Positions 7,883 through 16,600 are shown, counted from the first letter of the stretch. The stretch: 20,000 nt of DNA from an uncultured virus (IMG/VR IMGVR_UViG_3300030330_005280) (IMGVR_UViG_3300030330_005280:56777-76776); one strand, 5' to 3'. The notes: generated by a model not told the origin, from the sequence alone. Numbers and translations: made by a program.

Positions 7883-8309
7883 GTGTCCGTTTTGTAACTG
7901 CGATCCTTGTGATTGCGATTGGGGTTTAGATGAATTGTTTAAAAAAGGGAACCTTGTTGCTAGTGAATCCTTGGTTGAAGGATCACTTAGCGGTAGTTAT
8001 TACCCCACCATCGAGGATCTCAGACTACCAGCTTTTGACAGTATATATAATACGTTGGGGACAGGTGGAACAAGTTCATATAAGCAACGTTATAAGGGTA
8101 CTATCGTAGATCTTTCAATTTATAAAGTTGGAGATCTTGTTAACTGGTACCCTTTATATGGTTTTTGTGATTTTAATAAAGTATGGCTAATAAAAGAGGT
8201 TTTTTCAAGCAACCCTTTAGATTGTTCATATTATGATTATGAAATTACTGATGGTCTTCAATGCCATCATGTAACTTTTAGTGAATTAAAAAAATTGGAG
8301 GATAAGTGA
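7869..8309 (+). CDS. Hypothetical protein with N-terminal CPFCNCDPCDCDWG motif and C-terminal SH3/KOW-like domain
   Basis: Part of track ORF 7824..8309. GTG 7869 is the proposed start; the C-terminal part reads YKVGDLVNW...YEITDG...VTFSELKKL. Confidence 0.5.
   Translation: MTIHKCPFCNCDPCDCDWGLDELFKKGNLVASESLVEGSLSGSYYPTIEDLRLPAFDSIYNTLGTGGTSSYKQRYKGTIVDLSIYKVGDLVNWYPLYGFCDFNKVWLIKEVFSSNPLDCSYYDYEITDGLQCHHVTFSELKKLEDK
7930..8109 (+). CDS. 59-aa SH3/KOW-like protein nested out of frame within 7869..8309 (not in ORF track)
   Basis: MNCLKKGTLLLVNPWLKDHLAVVITPPSRISDYQLLTVYIIRWGQVEQVHISNVIRVLS*. GGGG lies 5 nt upstream; it resembles the 19308 ORF (MKKGSLIKIK...LAIVL). Confidence 0.55.
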   Translation: MNCLKKGTLLLVNPWLKDHLAVVITPPSRISDYQLLTVYIIRWGQVEQVHISNVIRVLS

Positions 8310-8692
8310 ATAAATATAAAAATGATTGGGTGTGGAACCAAAAAATGTGTCATCATCTTGACAGTAGTTATCAACTGGAATGTATAAGTCTTTATAGAAA
8401 CTGTTACGACTACTCACCAGAACATTTTTATGATGACATAATGGCGTTTGTAACTAAAGCATTTATTGATAGAAACAGACAACTAGGTATGGACAACAGG
8501 AGAGGTATCGTTCAAGTCAAAATGAAATTCGGTTTTCTAACTATTTACTATGATGGGGGAAAAGACCCTTATCTTGATGAGATAATCAATACTGCTACTA
8601 AAATGGCTCAACAAGTCAAAAAGAAAATTGACGAGCAATATGGTAGAGGAGGGTGGAGACATCGAACAATACTTTCAACAGGTAAAAATTGA
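8306..8692 (+). CDS. Hypothetical phage protein
   Basis: 128 aa, GGAGG RBS with GTG start. IVQVKMKFGFLTIYY resembles the QxKEKFGxLRxY motif of phage hypotheticals. Confidence 0.7.
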   Translation: MNKYKNDWVWNQKMCHHLDSSYQLECISLYRNCYDYSPEHFYDDIMAFVTKAFIDRNRQLGMDNRRGIVQVKMKFGFLTIYYDGGKDPYLDEIINTATKMAQQVKKKIDEQYGRGGWRHRTILSTGKN

Positions 8693-8960
8693 TAAACTTC
8701 CAGAAGGTAGGAAACCAAAGTTTTGCATTGGCGATTTGGTAGAAATTTCTTTTAGGTCTGATGACGGACCGGCATCCTATAAACTTCGAGGGGATTATGG
8801 TTTAGTTTGTGAAGTGTTGTTCTATTGTTGTACTGATTTTGACAAAAAAAGCAAACATTCTGATCCTCACTATATAATTGAGTATAAACTACTAATATCA
8901 AAAGATAGAAGACAATATAGATATATCTCAGAAGAAAACTTAAAGAAGGTGAACGAATGA
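8640..8960 (+). CDS. Small hypothetical protein, SH3/KOW-like
   Basis: PKFCIGDLVEI...GLVCEV...EYKLL...YISEENLKKV; start uncertain (TTG 8628 or ATG 8640). Confidence 0.65.
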   Translation: MVEEGGDIEQYFQQVKIDKLPEGRKPKFCIGDLVEISFRSDDGPASYKLRGDYGLVCEVLFYCCTDFDKKSKHSDPHYIIEYKLLISKDRRQYRYISEENLKKVNE

Positions 8961-9448
8961 TTTATTTTTTAATGTCTATTGCATTTGGCACTACAGTTTA
9001 TGCTCCAATGGAAACACAACTGGAGACAACTGTGGTTCATTATTTTATTGATAAAGACTTTCACGCAAGAAAGAAAGATATGCTTGTTATTAACTGGGCT
9101 GACTGTGAAAACATGGGACACCGAGAGTGTGCTATGATGAAAGAGTTTTGGTATTTAGATACTGTTGTGTTTGAAGGCGAGGAATCATACCAAATAAATA
9201 TTTTTCTTTATGACGAGAAATCAAGAATTGTATCTCAATCTATTATACACAAAAGATATAAGATCGAAAAAATTCCCCAAAAAACCACAGTTAAAGGAAC
9301 CAAGGTTGAGCGAGGCACAATCGCACCATTCAAGACGGAGATTGAAAAACCACCAATTTTAATAAAAAAGAAACCAGAAATAACAGCAAGAGAGATAGAA
9401 CAAGCTGTTATCAAACTACTTATTAACATTAAGGAGTATGAAAAATGA
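8957..9448 (+). CDS. Hypothetical protein with short N-terminal signal-like segment
   Basis: 163 aa, ATGA overlap, N-terminus MIYFLMSIAFG. Confidence 0.7.
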   Translation: MIYFLMSIAFGTTVYAPMETQLETTVVHYFIDKDFHARKKDMLVINWADCENMGHRECAMMKEFWYLDTVVFEGEESYQINIFLYDEKSRIVSQSIIHKRYKIEKIPQKTTVKGTKVERGTIAPFKTEIEKPPILIKKKPEITAREIEQAVIKLLINIKEYEK

Positions 9449-10038
9449 AGCTTACAAAACAAAAATTAGAACAACTAATAACAGAAGAGTACAAAAGCAT
9501 GAGTCGAAGGGTTTTTGACAAACGAAGACAAGCACAACAAGGGCCTGGGATTGCAAGAACTGTAGGTAATTTTGACCAGCCAAGGAATTATCCTGAATAT
9601 GCCGATAAACTTACACGTCTAGCAAAGGATGACTATGCACAAGCTCAGGAATTGGCTACTGCTTTAGGTGAACCTCTTGATATTGAGATTGACACAAGCG
9701 ATCCAGAAATATTTAAAATCCCAGAAGTCCCAAAAGGTTATCATGGTGTAGATGGTCCTTATTTCACACATGCTCGATATGTGATGTGGGCTAATGCAAA
9801 CGGATACCCTGAACTTACATTTACCGACGAAATTGTTCCCGAAGCTGTAAGAGCGTTTGCTAATGCTGAAGGAATGGATTACGAAAAAACACTATCAGCT
9901 GTAAAACTCAATTTGTCTAATAATAAAAAAGCTCAAATGAAAAAAGCCATAGGTAAATTTGACCCAGACAAGCAAGTGGCTGATGTGTTTGGGCTTGATC
10001 AAGATCCATTTGGCTACGATCCTTTCGAGGAAGATTAA
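9445..10038 (+). CDS. Hypothetical protein, paralog A with MKLTKQKLEQLITEE leader
   Basis: 197 aa, AAGGAG RBS. Shares the leader and the NYPEYADKLT.LAK.D.AQA.ELA.AL.EPLDIE block with the next gene. Confidence 0.8.
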   Translation: MKLTKQKLEQLITEEYKSMSRRVFDKRRQAQQGPGIARTVGNFDQPRNYPEYADKLTRLAKDDYAQAQELATALGEPLDIEIDTSDPEIFKIPEVPKGYHGVDGPYFTHARYVMWANANGYPELTFTDEIVPEAVRAFANAEGMDYEKTLSAVKLNLSNNKKAQMKKAIGKFDPDKQVADVFGLDQDPFGYDPFEED

Positions 10039-10039
10039 A

Positions 10040-10567
10040 ATGAAGCTTACAAAACAAAAACTAGAACAACTTATAACAGAAGAATATGTAAGAAGGATTG
10101 CTGATGAAGGCAAACCAACCAACTATCCTGAATATGCAGATAAACTTACTGCTTTGGCTAAAACCGATCCAGCTCAAGCAAGAGAGTTGGCTGATGCTTT
10201 AGACGAACCTTTAGACATAGAATTTAGTGGCAACACAAATTTAAGATTTGGACACCAAGATATGGTTGGAGTCTTTTCTCCTGAAGAGATGAAACATGGC
10301 TCTTGGTTTGATTACGTCATGACAGGCTATGCCGATGATTTTGAGTCTCCAATAGATCCAAATCAGTTTGAGAAATATGTAAGAGATACTGGAATACAAG
10401 AAGATGAAGTGGAAGAGGTTCATAAAAAATTAGACTCACAACGTCGCAAAATTATTCAAAAAACGTATATAAACCCACGAAGAACCGAACATGATCGAAA
10501 AAAAGAACTAGAAGACCTTTATGGTTTTGACTTCCGACCTGATTGGATGAAAAAAAGTCACTATTAA
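10040..10567 (+). CDS. Hypothetical protein, paralog B with MKLTKQKLEQLITEE leader
   Basis: 175 aa. Start set at ATG 10040 (GAGG RBS; first 16 aa identical to paralog A) rather than the track start 9959. Confidence 0.8.
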   Translation: MKLTKQKLEQLITEEYVRRIADEGKPTNYPEYADKLTALAKTDPAQARELADALDEPLDIEFSGNTNLRFGHQDMVGVFSPEEMKHGSWFDYVMTGYADDFESPIDPNQFEKYVRDTGIQEDEVEEVHKKLDSQRRKIIQKTYINPRRTEHDRKKELEDLYGFDFRPDWMKKSHY

Positions 10568-10584
10568 AAAGTAAATAAAAATAC

Positions 10585-10613
10585 TTGACAAATCTTTCCA
10601 AGTGTGTTATACT
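10585..10613 (+). promoter_or_regulatory. Sigma70-type promoter with extended -10
   Basis: TTGACA (10585-10590), 17 nt, TG at 10605-10606, TATACT (10608-10613), A-rich upstream tract. Confidence 0.88.
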
Positions 10614-10641
10614 ATATGTATCAATAAATAACGGAGGATTT

Positions 10642-11583
10642 ATGACCAATTACAACTTGGGTTATGCTTGCATTAATCTTGGCTTTTCGCAAAGACCAAA
10701 GAAACAACGCATAACCACCAACCGAAGCATGATCAAGCGAACATTCAAAGAGAAGGGTTTGTCTTATGCTTCCGAACTTGCTCTTCTTAACTCAAAAGAT
10801 TTGCTTACAATTATGAAGTGGAACAAAGAAAATAACATTCACTTCTACAGAATGTCCTCAGATCTTATACCATGGGCTTCTGAGTACGAACTAAACCAAC
10901 TACCAGATTATGACGCAATTGCTGAAGCTCTGTACGAAGTTGGTTTGTTTGCTGCGGAGAACAACATCCGTATCACAACTCACCCTGGGCCTTTCAACAA
11001 ATTGACTAGTCCAAAAGAATCTGTAATACTAAATACTATTAGGGACTTGGAGATTCATGGTGAGATCTTTGACTTAATGTGTTTGCCTAGAACACCTTAT
11101 GCTAAAATTAACATACATGTAGGAGCTGCTTATGATGATAAACCTATGGCCCTTGATAACTTTTGTAAGAACTTTCAAAGACTATCAGAAGCTGTCAAAT
11201 CAAGACTAACAGTCGAAAATGATGACAAACCATCTTTATACACCACAGAGGAACTATATAATGACATCTATAAACGCATTAATATTCCTGTGGTGTTCGA
11301 CTACCATCATCACGATTTGCACCCTGGAAGACTCTCCGAGAAAGAGGCTCTCGACATGGCTCTTGCTACTTGGCCTGTGGGTGTGCGTCCTGTGGTCCAC
11401 TACTCTGAATCAAGATCTGATGAATATGCTGATCCTAAGATAAAACCACAAGCTCATTCAGATTCCTATGTAAGACCTGTTAATACATATGGTCTTGCCA
11501 TGGACATTATGCTTGAGGCAAAACACAAGGAGTTAGCACTCTTTAAAATGCGTGAACTAATGGAGGAAAACAATGTTCGATAA
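10642..11583 (+). CDS. uvsE: UV DNA damage endonuclease (UvsE/UVDE)
   Basis: LGYACIN, FYRMSSDLIPW, THPGPFN, INIHVG, RLTVENDD, VFDYHHH, VHYSES, AHSD and MLEAKHKELAL. GGAGG RBS precedes ATG 10642. Confidence 0.95.
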   Translation: MTNYNLGYACINLGFSQRPKKQRITTNRSMIKRTFKEKGLSYASELALLNSKDLLTIMKWNKENNIHFYRMSSDLIPWASEYELNQLPDYDAIAEALYEVGLFAAENNIRITTHPGPFNKLTSPKESVILNTIRDLEIHGEIFDLMCLPRTPYAKINIHVGAAYDDKPMALDNFCKNFQRLSEAVKSRLTVENDDKPSLYTTEELYNDIYKRINIPVVFDYHHHDLHPGRLSEKEALDMALATWPVGVRPVVHYSESRSDEYADPKIKPQAHSDSYVRPVNTYGLAMDIMLEAKHKELALFKMRELMEENNVR

Positions 11584-11836
11584 ATTTTTTAAAAAAATAT
11601 ACAAGTCAAGAAAATCTGTTTCCGAAGAGGAAGCAAAAGAGTTAAATAAAGAACTTGAAAGATTAAAAGAGGATGTAACTTTACGAGAGGCTCAAGTTAT
11701 AAAATTAGCAAGGCTTTTACATGAAGACCCTGGTAATAGTGAAAAATATGCTAAACGTCTTAACATACATAACAGAATCATTCTTGATAATAAACAAAAA
11801 ATTCAAGAGATTGAAATAAAATTACTTGACAGCTAG
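11573..11836 (+). CDS. Small coiled-coil hypothetical protein
   Basis: 87 aa, GGAGG RBS, heptad K/E-rich. Confidence 0.7.
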   Translation: MFDKFFKKIYKSRKSVSEEEAKELNKELERLKEDVTLREAQVIKLARLLHEDPGNSEKYAKRLNIHNRIILDNKQKIQEIEIKLLDS

Positions 11837-11844
11837 GAGGATAA

Positions 11845-12168
11845 ATGTCAACAGAAAAAAAACGAAAAGAAGGAACCGGACACGGTGTTGACCTACAAGA
11901 TCGACAAAAAGTTGAGCCACCAAAAAAATTTAAAGTTATTTTACATAACGATGATTATACACCAATGGAATTTGTTGTGCTTGTCTTGATGGATGTTTTT
12001 AACTATGGAGTACATAGAGCACATGAAGTGATGCTGCAAGTTCATGAACAAGGAAAAGGTATCGCTGGTGTCTTTCCTAAAGAAATCGCTTGGATGAAAA
12101 CTAAGAAATGTAATAAGTATGCTCAACAACACGGGCACCCTCTAATGGTAACGATGGAGGCTGAATGA
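11845..12168 (+). CDS. clpS: ATP-dependent Clp protease adaptor ClpS
   Basis: PPKKFKVILHNDDYTPMEFVV.VL..VF...A..VMLQVHEQGKGIAGVF..EIA..K...HPL.VTME; AGGAGG RBS. Confidence 0.95.
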   Translation: MSTEKKRKEGTGHGVDLQDRQKVEPPKKFKVILHNDDYTPMEFVVLVLMDVFNYGVHRAHEVMLQVHEQGKGIAGVFPKEIAWMKTKKCNKYAQQHGHPLMVTMEAE

Positions 12169-13037
12169 TTGATTTACATTGTCATTTAGATGGCTCAATA
12201 AGAGAAACTACACTTAAAGAACTATATCAAGGCGAACTACCTAAAATATCTTTTTATCCAAATATGGGTATAACAAAGGCTTTAGAATCATTTAAAATCA
12301 CACTATCAGTAATGCAAACACTAGATAATATAACAAGGATTACATACGAATTATGTGAAGATTTAGAGTTGATCGGTACAGATAGGTCTGAAATAAGGTT
12401 TGCTCCACAACTGCATTGTGAAGGTGAAATAGAAAAAGTAATCGATGCTGCTATCGCTGGACTAAAACCTAGACACAATCTCATACTATGCGGTCTTTAC
12501 GGTGAATCGCCTGAAGTTTTGAAATCTTTGGTAAAAGCCGCTAAAACACGTTCTAGGGTGGTTGGAATAGATTTGGCCGCTGCTCCATTGGAATCTCATC
12601 AATGGGGTATGATGGACTACTCTGAAGCCTTTACGGAGGCAATGAGAGCTGGTCTTGGAAGAACTGTGCATGCTGGTGAAGGGAGACCTGCTGATGAGAT
12701 AAAAATTGCGATAGAGCACCTTCATGCTCAAAGAATTGGGCACGGATTATCGGTTCTTGGAGACAAAGAAGTTGCTGAATTAGTTCGAGAAAGAAATGTG
12801 CACATTGAAGCATGTCCAACTTCAAATGTGCATACAGGCTGCATTGAAAAATTTGAGTATCACCCAATGATGGATTGGCTAAAAGAAGACATTCATTTTT
12901 CTTTGTGTTGTGATAACTTGTTGTTATCTGAAACGTGGGGGAGAAAAGAATATTTTAAAGCAAGACTGTTGTGCGATATGTCGTTTGAACAACAAAACCA
13001 AACACAAATTTGGGCAAAAGAGGCACTTTTTTCTTGA
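12165..13037 (+). CDS. add: Adenosine deaminase-family (amidohydrolase) enzyme
   Basis: DLHCHLDGS, EIRFAPQLH, VGIDLAA, TVHAGEG, RIGHG, IEACPTSN and CCDN; ATGA overlap with clpS. Confidence 0.88.
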   Translation: MIDLHCHLDGSIRETTLKELYQGELPKISFYPNMGITKALESFKITLSVMQTLDNITRITYELCEDLELIGTDRSEIRFAPQLHCEGEIEKVIDAAIAGLKPRHNLILCGLYGESPEVLKSLVKAAKTRSRVVGIDLAAAPLESHQWGMMDYSEAFTEAMRAGLGRTVHAGEGRPADEIKIAIEHLHAQRIGHGLSVLGDKEVAELVRERNVHIEACPTSNVHTGCIEKFEYHPMMDWLKEDIHFSLCCDNLLLSETWGRKEYFKARLLCDMSFEQQNQTQIWAKEALFS

Positions 13038-13063
13038 CATTGTTTTAAATGTGGTTATATTAT
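13034..13063 (+). promoter_or_regulatory. Sigma70-type promoter for hsp20
   Basis: TTGACA (13034-13039) with TATATT (16-nt spacer) or TATTAT (18-nt spacer). Confidence 0.7.
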
Positions 13064-13066
13064 ATA

Positions 13067-13127
13067 TGTGTCGCCTTATGGGACACAACAACAAGTCAAC
13101 TTGCTTATAAAAGGAGAAAACAAAATG
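13067..13127 (+). promoter_or_regulatory. ROSE-like RNA thermometer in hsp20 5' UTR
   Basis: 5' hairpin TGTGTC-g-CC-ttat-GG-GACACA, then cTTGCTtataaaAGGAG in which UUGCU can pair with the SD leaving a bulged G. Confidence 0.65.
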
Positions 13128-13544
13128 ACTAATATTACACTAAGAGCCCCTGCGGTATTGGGCAGAACCGCATTTGATCAACTGTTTGAACAGTTCTTTC
13201 AAGACCCCCGACCTTTGGTCAAGCGAACAACGGACGGTTATCCGTTGACTGACGTTTATCGTGATGAAAACGATAACCAAGTAATTGAAATGGCTTTGGC
13301 TGGATTTTCGAAGAAGGATCTAGAAATCAAAGTAAAAGATAATACTATTACTATTGAACACCAATCATCAGCATCAGGCAATAGTGGTCGTCGTATTGCA
13401 CGAAGATCTTTTACTAAGACCTTTGTGGATTATAACAACACACTTAACCTTACCAAATCTAAAGCCAATTTTGAGAACGGTCTTCTTGTAATTACAATCC
13501 CACAACTTGAGGATAAAAAAGAATTGTCAATCGAAATTAAATAA
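13125..13544 (+). CDS. Small heat-shock protein Hsp20/IbpA family
   Basis: GYPLTDVY...IEMALAGFSKKDLEI...RRIARRSFTKTF...ANFENGLLVITIP. True start is ATG 13125 after AAGGAG. Confidence 0.93.
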   Translation: MTNITLRAPAVLGRTAFDQLFEQFFQDPRPLVKRTTDGYPLTDVYRDENDNQVIEMALAGFSKKDLEIKVKDNTITIEHQSSASGNSGRRIARRSFTKTFVDYNNTLNLTKSKANFENGLLVITIPQLEDKKELSIEIK

Positions 13545-13576
13545 AATAAATTATTTATTTTTTTTAATCATGTCCC

Positions 13577-13605
13577 TTGACAAATGTCTTGGGACATGTT
13601 ATACT
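13577..13605 (+). promoter_or_regulatory. Sigma70-type promoter for dnaE, embedded in a palindrome
   Basis: TTGACA (13577-13582), 17 nt, TG at 13597-13598, TATACT (13600-13605). Confidence 0.88.
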
Positions 13606-13630
13606 ATAAACATCAACAACGGAGGATAAT

Positions 13631-16600
13631 GTGAAATTTATTAACTTACACGCACATAGTGGTGTAGGCTCGCCTTTTGATGGCTTTGGCTACCCACAAG
13701 AACATATGGACTTCGCTTACGAAAATGGATGCGAAGGTCTTGCTTTAACTGACCATGGTAACATGAACGGCTTTGCTTATCAAGTTCTTCACGCAAAGAA
13801 GATGAAGAAACAAGGTAAAAACTTCAAGCCAATCTTTGGTGTTGAAGCCTACTTTATTCCATCAGTTTCTGAATGGAAAGTCAAACTTGAGGAACTTAAG
13901 AAAGATAAAAAGAAAGCCAAGTCTATCGATGCTGATAGGTCTGGTACTAACATTGAAGCAGATGGAGAGTCCAAAGGTCTTTCCAAATCTGACATAAATA
14001 GAACACGCCACTTGGTTCTTATTGCTATGAATCAAACTGGTCTCAACAATATTTTTAAAATGGTTTCTGAGTCATATCATGGAGACTATTATTATCGTAA
14101 ACCTAGAGTAGACTTTGAGCTATTACGCAAGTATCATGAGGGTGTCATAGCCCTCTCTGCTTGTCTTGGTGGTGTCTATGCTGGTTGCTATTGGCAAAAT
14201 CGTGAAGAAGGCTCAGAAGCTGTTCTCAAGTGTATGAGAGAGATGACTGAGGAAATGCTTTTCACGTTTGGTGATCGTTGGTATCCTGAAGTTCAATGGA
14301 ATGCAGTCCCTGAACAACATGAGTTGAATCAATATATCATACAGATTGCCAAAGAATACGATATGAAAATAGTCTCCACTGGTGATTCGCACTATCCAAC
14401 ACCTGATGCTTGGAAAGACAGAGAGCTTTACAAACGTCTTGGTTGGATTGGTAAAGGAAAACCTGAGTGGCTAGATATGAACCTTCCAACCTCAGTTCAA
14501 GAAATGGAATACGAATTGTATCCAAAGAACGGAGAACAAATGTGGGAGTCTTACAAACAATATTCTAAAGAATGTGGACAAGAGTATGATGATGAACTTA
14601 TTCGTCAATCAATCGAAGAGTCTTATCACATTGCTATGGAACGTTGCGAAGACTTTTTGCCTGACACAACGGTAAGACTCCCCGACTTTGTTGTTCCTGC
14701 CGGATACAATGAAGATGAGTACCTTGAGCGTCTTGCTGGTAAAGGTTTGTTCTCTATTCTTCAAGAAAGAGGTCTAACGCAAAAGCAAGGGAGAGCATCG
14801 TCACCTATTTATTTATATGAGAAACGTTTGAAGCATGAGTTACAAGTAATTGCAGATCGTGGTTTTTCAAAATACTTTCTCACTATGAAAGCAATCACGG
14901 ACAAAACAAATGAAGTACAATTATCGGGGCCTGGGCGCGGCTCTGCGGCTGGTTCTCTTGTTGCTTATTGCCTTGGCATTACTCAAGTTGATCCAATTAA
15001 ATATGGCCTTTTATTCTCGCGTTTCCTCAGATCAGATGCGACTGATTATCCTGATATTGATTATGATGTATCCGATCCTATGGTTCTTAAGGACATTATG
15101 ATTGAAGAGTGGGGCAACTCAACTGTTGTGCCTATCTCAAACTGGAATACATTACAACTCCGTTCTCTTATCAAGGATATATCAAAGTTCTATGAGATTC
15201 CTTTTATGGAAGTTAATGCTGTTACTGGTAAGATGATGCACGAAGCCACACCATTGGCTAAGAAGAAGCACGGTATTAAAGCAGGAGTGTATACTCCAAC
15301 GTTTGATGAAGTTATTGAGTTCTCTGAATCTTTGCAAAAGTTCTTTAAGAAATATCCACATGTAAAAGAACACGTTCAAGCTCTTCACGGATCTTATCGT
15401 TCATGCTCTCGTCATGCTGGTGGTGTTGTGATTGGTGAGGGTCTTGATAAGTACATGCCTCTTATCTCGTCCAAGGGTGTTCGACAGACTCCTTGGTCAG
15501 AGGGGCAGAACGTTCGACAGCTTGAGCCTATGGGCTTTATAAAGTTTGATATACTTGGTTTGTCAACACTACGCATGATTGAGGACTGTATTGCTAAGAT
15601 ACTTCGTAGACACCATGGCGTTGAGAATCCTACGTTTGCAGATATAAAACAATTCTATGATAATCACATTCACCCAGATCAAATAGATCTTAACGACCAA
15701 ACAGTATACGAAAACGTATTTCACAATGGACAATGGGTTGGTGTGTTTCAGTTTACTGAAGATGGTGTACAAAAATTAGCAGAAAGAACCAAGCCTACGT
15801 CTATTGTAGATCTTTCTGCTATCACTTCTATCTATCGTCCTGGTCCATTATCAGCTGGTGTTGACAAGGCTTATATCAAAGCTGTACAAGATCCAGATGA
15901 AGTTGACTACTTAAATGATACTGTAAGAGACATCACTGAGGAAACCTATGGCTTTCTTATTTTTCAAGAACAGATTGCTAGATTGGCTCATGAGCTTGGT
16001 GATGGGATCACAATGGATGAAGCAAACCTTCTCCGTAAAATTTTAACAAAGAAAGGAACAGGTAAAGGTCATGAAGTTAAAGATGAGATACACAAGAAGT
16101 TTATCAGAGGTTGTGTACAAAAGGATATTAACAAACACGCTGCCCAAGAGTTGTGGCAAACCTTTGAGTACTTTTCCGGTTATGGGTTTAACAAGTCTCA
16201 CGCTGTATCCTACTCTATTATTTCTTATCAATGTGCTTGGTTGTGTACNNNNNNNNNNCCGAGTGGATTGCATCATTCTTGGACAAAGAACCTGAGTCTC
16301 GTAAGGAGAAGGCGATCAACCTTGCCAAACAGCATGGCTACAAAATCAAACCTTTGAATATAAATTACTCAGAATCTACTTGGAAGATTGAAGGTGAAGA
16401 TACTCTTATCGCTCCATTGACTGGTATTAAAGGTTTTGGTGATGCTGCGTTTGAGCAAGTAATGTTACACAGACCTTTCGATACTGTTGACGAGCTTCTG
16501 TTTCATGAAGATGTAAAGTATTCTAAGTTGAACAAGAAGGCTCTCGATGTCCTTTGTAGAGCAGGAGCTCTTAATGATTTGATTGATGAACGTTTCACAG

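Noticed and set aside
11826..11851. TTGACA before clpS as a promoter (also TTGACA at 8358)
   Set aside because: No -10 at 16-18 nt. The TTGACA/TGTCAA inverted repeat around the clpS RBS is only 6 bp and may be chance.
9959..13124. Track start positions 9959, 10585 and 13068
   Set aside because: These extensions run through upstream genes, promoters or UTRs. RBS position and homology favour 10040, 10642 and 13125.
13543..13565. Intrinsic terminator after hsp20
   Set aside because: The stem (AAAATAAA/TTTATTTT) is A-T only and too weak to call, despite the T tract.
16231..16357. Apparent frameshift, split gene or intein in dnaE
   Set aside because: The frame change falls exactly on the 10-N gap. 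An 11-nt fill would restore a typical WLxxYYPxEW-like segment, and no intein motifs are seen.
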